Positions 1 to 12,235 of a stretch of DNA of 64,000 bases are shown here, piece by piece. Within the stretch, counting starts at the first letter, position 1. The number at the start of each line of letters is the position of its first letter. Under the pieces are notes generated by a model that worked only from the letters and a program-made list of their open reading frames with translations, made no database searches and had not been told where the DNA came from. The position numbers were made by a program, and so were the translations under genes. This DNA comes from Magallana gigas (taxonomy: Eukaryota), in the NCBI RefSeq assembly GCF_963853765.1, contig NC_088859.1, forward strand, positions 930,001 through 994,000, read 5' to 3'.

Positions 1-1632
1 CAAAAATTATAGCCGACATCAACAGTGACAACAACAACAAAGATGCAGTAAACGATAAAAATGACAACAACAAAAACATCAATTAACGACAACCACAACA
101 AAAACATCAATTAACCACGGCCACAAATACTGATTACACTATTTCGTCACCATTCGATAACAAATGACCATTAGTCGCTATAACAGTTGATAACCAATGA
201 CAAATAGAATGCCTTTAAAATTATAAATAACAACAGACTGTATCGTAGTTATAAAATTTAATAATAAAAGATAAACAGATTTCTAACTTTAACATTTAAC
301 AGTTGATTACAAAAGACCAATTAAATCGTCACAGTTACAACAGATCAAAAAAGATCCTTCATAGAATACCACTAGTCACCACTCTATTATGTAACAAGAT
401 AACAGAAGGGTCATTCCTATTTTTTTAACAACAACCAAGACCAAACTAGTCGTCGTTATGGCATTTGATAACAAACAACCAGAAGAATTGTCAGTATATA
501 CATTAATAACAAGAGAATGGTAGAATATTTGCCCATACATTGATATTTCTCTGGCAATGGTGTGGGAACAATACTTTTCAAAGGAATCAGCTGAATATAT
601 GTCAATCCCTAGAATGTTAATTCACAACCTGCGTTGGCTTATTTGTGTTTAGTAGGGCAGGTTATACAAAACAATGAAGCTGATATTTCCTGACCTGTGT
701 TCTCATTAAGACTGTCGTTACACTGTCTCAGATAAGGTCGGGTTCAGAATCAGCATCAAATCTCTGTGTAGGAACTTTCACTTCAAACACCCTCCTCATC
801 TCGATTTCCGGATTGACGGAGACAGAGATATGATAATACATTGTTACGCTCTTTTTGTTTCCAGTTTAAATCAATCTAAAGCATGTAAAAGTTCACCAGG
901 ATTTCATTAATTAGAGATTCTGTAAAAACGCACTTTAATTGTACAATGATTCGGTACATCAACCAGATCTACGCAAAACAACTTTAATTTTTACCACTCT
1001 CTGTAAAACATTTTCTATTATAGAACTGGAACAATACTAATGAATCATGAAACAGTGATAAAGTACAGATCATAAATACTGAGTTACTGCATACTAATCA
1101 GACAAAACACATAGTGGCTTAATAATATATTTATTTTATTGATAAACGTACAATGATGCTATCAAAATTAAACATGACTTTTACAAAGGAACATATTGAT
1201 ATTCTGCGTTTCTATATAGATTTAGGATTTTTGGTAACCGTAAGACATTTCGTGTCAAACAGTTGAGATTCATTGCCTATTAATTAATTTTAATGGTACT
1301 TTTACAATACATTTACACATATGCATATTGAAAGTAAAGATACGAGACATGAACACAATGTAACTCTATAAAGAAGTAACATATGCATATACTTTGGCAG
1401 TTTAAGAGGGATCGATGGTCGTGGTGGCAATTATTGTGCGGTATTGGTCTCTTGTATACATAGAAAAAGAGCTCTATATAAAGATAGAAAATACCCAAAA
1501 TTAAAAATCAAAATTTATGGGGGGTTTTAATGTGTTTTCTCTTAAGTTAATAGCACTTAAGTTAATAGCAAAACAGATTTTGATAGACAAATACAGTTTG
1601 AAACCACAAATAAAATTCAATTCAATGAATAA

Positions 1633-1861
1633 CTGTAGATTACTTATTTTACACGAGAACTTAATTCCGCGATTCAATGATTTACCATCAAATAGCGAGA
1701 ACATAAAATCGCGAAAGCCAAAATTTTATCATAGTTTCATGTAGTTTATACTACATGTGTCATAAAATTAAATATTTATAGAGATTTTAGAATTCGCGAG
1801 ACGGGCTTCTCGCGATTTTACGCGGATATTAATCCCTCGCGTTCAATTAGGAATTTACAGT
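1633..1861. mobile_element. Probable Tc1/mariner-type MITE
   Basis: Short imperfect inverted ends (ctgtagatt...aatttacag) around CpG-rich internal tcgcga motifs. Family assignment is by resemblance only. Confidence 0.4.
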
Positions 1862-3848
1862 TTCACATCATATGGGTACTCAGTATCTAAGAAATGCATT
1901 CTTAACATCGTAGGTATGATGGCGCTTGCATGTCCTACACAACAACCAATACACATAAAACAAACAAATATAATCAGCATAAAAATTACGACACACTCTC
2001 AAATTGACAATTTTTTCCGGAGAAGACTTGTTGCTGCATATTAAAATTTTGCTTAGATATGTTCCCCATTTCTCTCACCGAAATTTTAAGAATGTGTATT
2101 CTTTTTTTATAAAGTTCGACATTTTTTACATCAAAAGATATACTTTCTTTTTCTGGGTTGACATTAGAGTTAAGATCAGTATAAATAATGGTCAGGAATA
2201 GTGCAGAAACACGTTTTATGAACACAGCCCTTAATGAAATGAAACTTTCACAAATATTTCATAAAAACCAAGTAACCATTCTGGAAGTGTTTGGAACGCA
2301 ATTCTGCAACTAAGTATATTTTTTTCATTGCATGATCTACTTTAAAAAAAAATATTTAATTCGAATAGTTGGTTACACTTCTTGTGAACTTTTGCGGGTT
2401 TTGTTTTGGATGATTGCCTGAAAGCAGAAAAGTCTGATTAATAGATCGGGTGACCAATTCGACCAATTATAAGACTAGTATAATTGCGTGAACGATTTCG
2501 TACCGTCTTGATGATCTTACAATATTTTGAAAAATCCAACAGCAATGATATGATGTGAAACATTTAAAAATATAAGAAAAATCATATTGTACAATTTGTT
2601 AAAAATATTCCAAAATTATGCGTTAGCGCTAGCATTGACGGGTTATTTTATTTTTTCCCACAATGACCGCTTCTTTCATAACCTGCATTTCTTCAAAGAA
2701 ATTTTTTTAATTGTATAACTTTATATCTTTCTTTTAACAAATTAATGACTTCTTTGAACAATTAAATGAATTTTTGAGATGGGTAACAGTTTGTTATTGT
2801 CATTTTTCATTGTAAAATAAATTAGCAAAATTACTAGTAACTAAATCATTGTAAACAAACATGAGTACGTTAGCTAAAAGAAACAGCAAATTGCCTTCTC
2901 TGGGAATTCGATTGTGTCATGATGATTTCGTACAGGTCTTGATTTTTCTAAGGTTTTGACTCATCGATAAACGGGCCGTGCAGATTTCAGTCCTGTTAGG
3001 TTATACAGAGCTATGAATTGCAATCATTTTCCGTAAAAAGGAAATAGAATGCATTGAAACTATTCCCTTGAGAGAAAATTGCTGGAAGAATGACTTGGAG
3101 GTCGTATCTTACAATCAAAATATAATGTATATATTATACATGTATCATAATACATGTACTATCAATAATGATTTGTTAAAAAAGACATGCTGCATCATAG
3201 GTCACCACTCCCTCTTCTATTTGGTTAAAAAGGACTTCTGTTCTCACTCTGTCTCATTGCTTTCCAGTTTCGACAAAATAACAGCATGTCATTTGGTTCA
3301 GAGTTACCAAATGTCTAAACACTACATTTCAATTTGATTTCTTGTGTATAAATGAATATTCACAGATTTGTTTCAGCTCTGATACAAAATAAACTTAAGA
3401 TTTGAAAGTTTTTGTAAAAATTTTATTGTTTCCATTGGTAAAGTCTAAAAATGGAAAACACCCTTTGGATAATGTACATCAATTTACATCAAATCATAAT
3501 AAATTTCCTCATTCATTGTGCTGTTCATGCAGGTATTTCAAAAGTATATATATTTCCATTCTCTTATTATCATCTTTCATGTGCAAGAAATAATAACAAT
3601 ATTCACACTTGTGCCACACCACAACAGAATAATAAACTAATGGTATTTGATATACATGTATTAATGTTCAATTTCGTAATGCAATGCCATGTAAATAATC
3701 ATTGCTATGGGGTGCATGCTTGTTCCAAGCACTGTTTCCAACAATTTGCACTAAAAACATAAGCATTGAAAAGGTAACTATAAAGAGAATCTCGGACTTT
3801 CAGCCTTAGAAATATTTATTTATTAATGATATGATCTCAATATGTTCA

Positions 3849-6015
3849 TTACTGGTGTGGTGTTGACTGAACCACATCTTGTGTTCTCCTCTGTGTAGCA
3901 GTTCGTATGTTGTGCACTGGATACTGTGTGAGTGACTGTTGGTATGAGTATAGAGCAGCCTGGAGGTTCCCTGTGATCTGTTGACAGATCCCCAGGATCT
4001 CCCAGGAGATGTCTCTGAGTACATGTATATACAGCCCCTGATCATGGTGGACTAGGACCTGTAACTCATCTAGAGCTGCTTGTGATAATGTTGTATCAAT
4101 GTGTCTGTAACACAAGAACTCTAGGAAGTGTAACATTACAAACACTGGGATATTTGATGTAGGCTGTCTGTTCTGTAGAGCAGACTGTTGTTCTGGTATT
4201 AGTTCATTGATATAACAGATTTTGTTGTAAAGTAAGATATCCTGTGCTACAGCCTGTCTCATCTTTGTAGACCAGGACTGTCCCCCTACAGCCTCAGTAT
4301 ACCTCTCTCTGTGTACATGTGTCTCATGCATCAGATAAGGCTGTGCTAACTTTACCTTTGTCATCTTTATAACAGATAAAGCTTCCCTGTATCTGAGTGT
4401 TTTGTAATAATACATGGCAAGATACAACATGTCAGAAACAAACCCAAACTTGGCTGCTAATTTCGGCATTTGCCTTGATATTTTGTCTGCAATATACATC
4501 TGTTTGTTGACACCTGTGATAGTGTACATGCTGTGTAATATAAAAGCAGTGCGCTGAAGGACAGAGGCTGTAAGTTTCTGTAACGTGATAACTTGGTACT
4601 GTGTCAGGGGCGAGTTTAACAACTGTTCTACTGTATATAGGTATTTCACACAGCTGTGGAGATTTACTGTGTGTACAGTAGCCGTACGATTTATCTCAAA
4701 GAAAAGTTCTGTATCATAGTCAACTTCAGATTTAATTAAAATTTCATCTGCACGAACAAAAAGTCTTGGATTGTACAGGACATCAATGATGTAGGACCTG
4801 ATAGAGGAACTCTGTAACAGACAGGCCAGACCTTTCTTGTACAATTCATGTAACTGTAGGAACAATCTGTTTTGTGCTGAGCCATGGACTTTTGTTAGAA
4901 ACAGGTTATTTTGTGGAATGAAAAAGTTGGGACATATCCCCTCATACACCCATTTAAGGAGGAGTTTAAAGCAGGTCCAGAAACCGACAAGGAGATTTTG
5001 TGGACACCAGTGAGGTAGTGTATTTTGTTCAATTACCCAAAATATGCATGTCTTCATGTGATAAGAACACAGCAGTTTGTTGTTTTCGTTTAAATGTTGA
5101 TTGACAATTTCTTTTAAAAACAGCTTTAACAATCCATAAGTCAAAAACTGACAGTGGTTCATTGCACACACACATTTATACTCTGCCTGAGAAAACGAAA
5201 ATCTCCACTCCTCATTTTTATGGGGGCCTAATTGGTGTCCTATTGCTACAAAGTGACATCCATTTCTGACAATGTCATCAACAACTTCAGGGCCAGGCCA
5301 TAAGTGACACCTGTCTATCCACGAGGAGGCAGACAGAGGCCAAAAGTCACAAACAAAACAGTGAGCAGTGTCATATTCTACTATCCCTGCTATACTTCCA
5401 CTACCACAAGGACCATGTACTGTAGAATTGGAAAAAACTGTTGAACAAGTTAACTGTCTGTATATAGAACTAGATATATAGACTCTGTCATTCATTCGGA
5501 CACATGCTGATTGAACTTCTCTTAGTGTTGTTGGTGTCAGTAACTGAAGTAGAGTGAATCCTGGTGGACTCTCATAACTCTCAGAGAGAATCAAGGTTGT
5601 ATTGGCTATGTTGTAATACTCAGACTGAAACATGTCCATGATCACTCGGTGGTTATTTGGCCAGTACATAAAGTCCACATCTGATCCCTTCAGTCTAAAT
5701 CCTTCTCTATCACTTCCACTGATCATCTGAATGACCCCATCATTAGGTGTCACTCGTCTCTCCACCATCTCTGTTATGTCAGTTGTCTCCCTCCTGATTG
5801 CCACCTGTTGTGAGGTCCCCACTATCTCACACAGTACCATAAACATTGACTCTGACATATGCCGGAGTCCTTCACACCTGAATTGAATGGGTGTATAGCT
5901 ATTGTTTTGATAATGTTTAAGTTATTTTTACAAATAATGTTATAATTGTGTTTACATTCTTAAAATGAAAATATAATAATGGATAAACTTACAATTCTGC
6001 TGGGGAAGACTCCAT
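3849..6015 (-). CDS. cGAS-like receptor (cGLR; Mab-21/cGAS nucleotidyltransferase + C-terminal helical TPR-like region), copy 1, about 683 aa
   Basis: The 669-aa ORF carries the NTase motif SGSDREGFRLKGSDVDF, a third acidic residue in EYD, and the Mab-21/cGAS motifs EWRFSFSQAE, SYHMKT and CPNFFIPQNNLF. A 23-nt upstream exon (6015-5993, ATG GAG TCT TCC CCA GCA GAA TT) joins in frame over a GT-AG intron (5992-5878), giving MESSPAELCEGLRH-MSES... Confidence 0.9.
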
Positions 6016-6850
6016 TATGAAAGCGAACTCTATATCTGTGGAAATTTACGCTATTTTAAGATGCTGGAATTTTATTTTATTGTACTTTCATTTTGTTTCA
6101 GTCGTATATTTCATTATAATGTCTTCAATCGGTTTACTACTAGTAAGTTTGATTTATTGCAAATGTGATTTTCAGTTAATATCAAAAAGTCATTGCACAA
6201 TGTGTATAAATCTAACATCAAATTAAATAATAATGAACATTGATCATTGCGAAAGTGTTGGTTACATAAAGAATTCATTTAAATCATTTAGAGAACACAA
6301 GTAATTCGTCTACACAAGAAATCAAAGTACTGACATGGGCTGAGTTTATTGATTATTATTTATTTTTATGGTTTTACTTATATGCAACGTGTTGACATAT
6401 TGTTGATTCTTTAAATTTGTGAAGACTTTGGCCCCTGGACAATTCTTGGCCTCACAACGGGTTCAAAGTTCATTGTAGGTTTAATTTATATCCCGTATAT
6501 ATACAAACAATAGTTTCTATAGGATCTCTTTAAGAACTGCAATGCTCATTATGTGATATGACGATAAAATCATCCTTTTAGAAAAGGGGCTTAATGATAA
6601 ACAGAAGAATATTTAGGGGGTGGATTTTTATTTATACACTCAGGATCTACATGTATTATACTACATTGTCCACAGATTTGCGAGCGCAGCAAGAATTAAA
6701 CATATTTTGCATCATTGTCAACCTAGTGTTATTTAGGTATCAACGAACGTCAAAGAATTTTTGAGAGATTATTTCTCTACAATAAGTATGCCGGGGCAAA
6801 TGTACTAATTTTAATGGGCATGATACATACAGCGCACCCCTATCCCTTCC

Positions 6851-6852
<2 letters not shown>

Positions 6853-6920
<68 letters not shown>
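6853..6920. repeat. (GA)n microsatellite
   Basis: Pure GA run. Confidence 0.95.
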
Positions 6921-6922
<2 letters not shown>

Positions 6923-7427
6923 CGGTTCCTGTTTGTAGGTATGTAATTTCCCACTTTTAAATTTAATGGTTTGACATTATATATTCACGTTATATGCAAT
7001 ATCTACATAAATCTTTTAATTGTTCATTTTTTCTCTTTATTCCCTTTTATTTAGTTCAAAATATTGTTTATTTCCTCTCTACTCATATACTAAAACACCT
7101 ACCTGCCTACTGTACATGCATGCACAATTAGCTTAAAAATGAATCGATATGATAGTCAAGTATGGCTCTTGCTAGTATATATTTAAATAATCTCTATATC
7201 ACAAAAAACAAATCATATGTCAATGAGACAGGTATCGCAGTCTATACTGAAATAGCTAGTACACGCATTACAGATGTTTGATCCACCTCTAAATTTATCG
7301 CGGGAAATATAGCACGAGAGCACTGTGACGTCATCCATAACTTTGTTCGTCTTTTTTTACGTATCTCGACTCAATACGAAGGTATAGAAGCAACTAACAT
7401 ATCTCTTGAGTCTCGACAAAGCATATG

Positions 7428-8200
7428 TATGGTGGCATATCTCTGCCCCTTGTGTGCAAGTTATTTTTCAATTAATTATGTCGACATTCAAGATAAATAT
7501 GTTGATATGCAAGATAGTTATGTCAACATGCAACATAACTATGTTGACATGCAAGAAAACTACAATCAAACAAGAGTTATAAAAAATTTCAAATATCGCC
7601 AACATGTGACATCCAAGAAGCTAGATACGCTACCTACTGATGTCAAAATGCAACTTATTTATGTTAACATGCAACTTCTTTATGTCGACATGCAACTTAT
7701 TTATGTCGACATGCAACTTAGTTATGTTAACATGCAAGATAAATATGTTGACATGCAACATATTTATGTCGACATGCAACTTCGTTATGTTGACCTACAA
7801 CTTATAAGTTGCATGTCAACATATTCCTCTCGCATGTAAACATAACTAAGTTGCATGTCAACATTTTCATCTTGCATGTCAACATAAAAGATTTGCATGT
7901 TGACATTAATAAGTTACATGTCGACATAAATAAGTTGCATGTCAGCATATTTATCTTGCATGTTAACATAAATAAGTTGCATGTCGACATAAAAAGGTAC
8001 CATCTAGCATCTTGGATGTCACAGGTGGGCGATATTTGAGATTTTGTATAATTCTTATCTGATTCCAATTTTCTTGCATGTCAACATAATTATGTTGCAT
8101 GTTAACATAATTATCTTGCATGTCAACATATTTATCTTGCATGTCGACATATTTGCTAGAAAAATAACTTGCACACAAGGGGCAGAGATATGCCACCATA
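7428..8200. mobile_element. Non-autonomous foldback DNA transposon, IS3EU-like (copy 1)
   Basis: Long TIRs TATGGTGGCATATCTCTGCCCCTTGTGTGCAAG...CTTGCACACAAGGGGCAGAGATATGCCACCATA, a 6-bp TSD CATATG (7422-7427 and 8201-8206), and internal ~21-bp repeats (gtcgacatgcaacttatttat) in two inverted arms. Confidence 0.8.
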
Positions 8201-8459
8201 CATATGCGGTACTCTAAACGTGTCTTCAAACCTTAAGACACCGTAAATTATGATTTTCAGGAAACAAAAACTGGGATACAAGTTAACAAAATTGTTCCAG
8301 TGTTCCAGCTCTGGATCTGCGGGTCTTACACATAATACTGACTTCACTATGATGTGAAACAAAAAGGTATGAAATACAATTTCACAATATACTTAAAACA
8401 TCTGTGCTGTGATGTACTGCCATTAAAAGTATACTTAACGGAGAGTGGAAGATTCTTAA

Positions 8460-9735
8460 AGAGGGCTCGACGGTCGTGGCCATTTTCAGACTGTATTGAT
8501 CTCCTTCAAAAGAGGATCACCACATCAAAATGAAGGAAAATACTTAAATCCTAAGGTAAAATATATGAATTTTTCTTTCTAAATTACATTTATAGCTTAG
8601 CAATTCATAACTTAAAATTTAAGGTAGATCTGATGGTTAGTTTGTTGACCCTCCAACATCCATAAGGTAGATCTGATGGTTAGTTTGTTGACCCTCCAAC
8701 CTCCATAAGGTAGATCTGATGGTTAGTTTGTTGACCCTCCAACATCCATAAGGTAGATCTGATGGTTAGTTTGTTGACCCTCCAACATCCATAAGGTAGA
8801 TCTGATGGTTAGTTTGTTGACCATCCAACATCCATAAGGTAGATCTGATGGTTAGTTTGTTGACCCTCCAACATCCATAAGGTAGATCTGATGGTTAGTT
8901 TGTTGACCATCCAACATCCATAAGGTAGATCTGATGGTTAGTTTGTTGACCATCCAACCTCCATAAGGTAGATCTGATGGTTAGTTTGTTGACCATCCAA
9001 CCTCCATAAGGTAGATCTGATGGTTAGTTTGTTGACCCTCCAACATCCATAAGGTAGATCTGATGGTTAGTTTGTTGACCCTCCAACATCCATAAGGTAG
9101 ATCTGATGGTTAGTTTGTTGACCCTCCAACATCCATAAGGTAGATCTGATGGTTAGTTTGTAGACCCTCCAACATCCATAAGGTAGATCTGATGGTTAGT
9201 TTGTAGACCCTCCAACATCCATAAGGTAGATCTGATGGTTAGTTTGTAGACCCTCCAACATCCATAAGGTAGATCTGATGGTTAGTTTGTAGACCCTCCA
9301 ACATCCATAAGGTAGATCTGATGGTTAGTTTGTAGACCCTCCAACATCCATAAGGTAGATCTGATGGTTAGTTTGTTGACCATCCAACATCCATAAGGTA
9401 GATCTGATGGTTAGTTTGTAGACCCTCCAACATCCATAAGGTAGATCTGATGGTTAGTTTGTAGACCATCCAACATCCATAAGGTAGATCTGATGGTAAG
9501 TTTGTAGACCCTCCAACATCCATAAGATCTAATGATGGTTAGTTTGTAGACCCTCCAACATCCATAAGGTAGATCTGATGGTTAGTTTGTAGACCCTCCA
9601 ACATCCATAAGGTAGATCTGATGATTAGTTTGTTGACCATCCAGTCTCCTTAAGGTAGATCTGATGGTTAGTTTGTTGACCACCCAACCTCCTTAAGGTA
9701 GATCTGATGGTTAGTTTGTTGACCATCCAGTCTCC
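8460..9735. mobile_element. TTAA-flanked short element (Kolobok-like) whose 3' terminus is amplified into a satellite
   Basis: TTAA at 8456-8459 and 9736-9739. The body (ggtcgtggccattttcagactgtattgatctcc...) recurs with a single terminal unit at about 25796-25996 and 42310-42515. Confidence 0.6.
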
Positions 9736-9739
9736 TTAA
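8620..9739. repeat. 43-bp tandem satellite, about 26 copies
   Basis: Unit taaggtagatctgatggttagtttgttgaccctccaacatcca, arranged head-to-tail with no spacers. Confidence 0.95.
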
Positions 9740-10033
9740 CAGTTGTTGAATTACAACTTTTCAATCAATAGAAATGAAACAGACAAAATAAATTTAAAAC
9801 ATTTATTGGCAACAAGGTTACAATTTTTTAGTCAATAACTGCATAAAATATATAATCTTAAAATATTTACAAATATATAAACATCTTTTAACCATGTAAT
9901 TATAAATATCAAAACACCATAAAAAAACAAAGACCCTTACATCCTTAATAACAAGACTAGAGGTAAAAAAACAAGAACATATTGGTCAAGTGTTTCTGAT
10001 ATTGGTCAACAAATGATTCATATTAATTACTGG

Positions 10034-10034
<1 letters not shown>

Positions 10035-10092
<58 letters not shown>
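10035..10092. repeat. (CT)n microsatellite
   Basis: Pure CT run. Confidence 0.95.
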
Positions 10093-12235
10093 AGACTAAC
10101 ACTGCCACATATGACAATATAACAGAACACATCAGTCCAAGTTCCCATTGATAACAATAAAGGTTGGTCTGTCATTGACCTAAATACACTACATCATGTC
10201 ACAGAAAACTCATAATAACTGCTCCTGACATACACCACCCATACAGAATTCACTCAGAAATCAGCATCCATTAAAACTCATTTAGATTTTTTTAAAAATC
10301 GTTCTGATTTCTGGCATCCATACAAACAGCACACACATACACAATTACAGAAAATATATCAAGTCAAAATATAATGGATCATAAAAACATGAATGAAAAC
10401 CAATAAAAATTTCATTAGAATTATCACCTTGTGGATATAAATAATGTATCACCTGTCTTCAGGTGTTTGTGTTTTTGGTTTAAGCTTATAAACTATTATT
10501 CAAGATACATTAAACACTTAAGTTGTACAACTCCTGCCTGCATAAAGAGAATTCTAAAGAGTTTTTCAGGCTGACCTTAGTTCTTTGATCTAACAAAGCA
10601 AGCCCCAGTCTGAACTGAAGTCTACCATTTATTAAAGAGGATAAAATTTCTACAGTAACTTGACAGCCAATGTCTACATGCTGTAATATACTGCCCTTAA
10701 TGTAAGCTAAGTACCCGTAGATGCATCAACTTGTATTAAAGAAATTACTTTCAAATTGGTTGAATTCCACGAGTCTTAAATTATTAAATGTCAGACTTAT
10801 TTTAGGTATTATAAATGATAATTCTTTCGTGTTTTTGTGAATTTAAACTTTTTTGCACCTCTTTTACATATTTTTATTTGATACAACAATTATACATCGT
10901 CATTCAATATCAAAATTGTGAATTTCATTTAAAGAAGAATGTGTCTGCAAATCTACTGAAACTCATAAAACTTCTGCAAATTTATCTAAAGCATATTTCA
11001 GATCTAAAGAATTAGGTGGAAACCAAAAGCTTGCTGAAAATTTCACGATCTCCAAGAAAATTGGCATTCAACACATGAAGCAGTACAGATTTTGTTTTCT
11101 GCAATATCAATTTCATGTCTGGTTTAACTATGAGATGAATGATCTATAAATGTTCCCAAAGACACAATTTTTTTTTCATGCTGCCTGCAGCCTGTTTTAG
11201 AATTAATCAAAGGCCATCTTTCAATAAGACTGTAAATCTACTGCGTGGCATTTTAGCAGATCATACAAATTGCAATGCAGTATAACTGTAAAATACGTCT
11301 GACAATCAATTTTTGTATATAAAGGCCTGAAATAAAACATTAGACAATCATTTCAAGATCATTTAAATTCATGTCCAAAATCAGACTCTTAGTTCAGATC
11401 TGTTCCAGTGGGTGTTTAAATGTCACCAGTATCTATTTTGAATTCTGACATTTCTTCTTTAGAATCACAAATGAGTGACATTCAACAAAATTAACATTTA
11501 ATCCAGACAAGACATGCAGTAAGCGACTCTATCAATGTGAATACTAAACATGACGTAAACTCAAAATGTGGAACAGTTGCAATTTGTCCAAAAATGAATA
11601 GATGCCCTGATAATATCTCTGATATCATTATAGAGGTGATGAAAGGAAAAGAATGCAGAACTTTAAGAAATCTATAAAGAAAAATGCACATGGACTTAAA
11701 GGTGAGATACACAAAATAAATAAATAATATCCAAATTCTTTCATGCATTCTTAATTGGTCCTCTTACCCTTTAGTTCATAGGCTGCACCCAAAATAAAAA
11801 CAAACATGACAGTGTCAATACAATGGCGATATCAAATACATTCAACAATAGCACCCATAGTGTTAGAGGTAACATCTATTAATAGCCATTCTAAGATGCA
11901 CCAATTTATAGGTTCTTTATATTTCATTATAAAATGCAATACTAGTATAATAATTCCAATAAGATCTAAAATATTTTGGCAGAAATCTAAATAATGCAAA
12001 TCTTTTGTATATCAAACAAATCTAAACCTTGATTCACAAATTTATTGCACTGTTCATAAAGTTTTATATGTATAAAAATATCTTAAATGATAACTTTATG
12101 ATCTCAAAAGTACATACATACTCTATGTAAAAATAAATGTACAACCTAAAACCACTTCTGACCATTAAAGCTTGATAATAATGAAAAAAAAAAAACAAAT
12201 AAAAAAAAAAAAAACGATTAACAAGCACCAAAAAA

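Noticed and set aside
1-500. AAC-rich stretch as coding sequence
   Set aside because: Degenerate low-complexity repeat with no sustained ORF.
520-830. Possible decayed exon on the minus strand (LFCITCPTKH...)
   Set aside because: Stops occur in all frames and there is no convincing family motif.
3806-4045. Alternative-frame ORFs overlapping the cGLR ends (also 36924-37127, 37307-37489 and 30686-30871)
   Set aside because: Shadow frames of the cGLR coding sequence; their mutual similarity simply reflects the paralogy.
3849-5858. cGAS-like genes as a bacterial CBASS operon or contaminant
   Set aside because: Spliceosomal intron at the 5' end, flanked by intron-rich animal genes, and no adjacent Cap effector.
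7429-8229. ORFs with DMQLIYV / MLTCNLF repeats (also 43823-44668 and 41255-41437)
   Set aside because: Translation artefacts of in-frame 21-bp transposon repeats, open on both strands.
8620-9739. 43-bp array as a CRISPR array
   Set aside because: Head-to-tail units without unique spacers, no cas genes, eukaryotic context.
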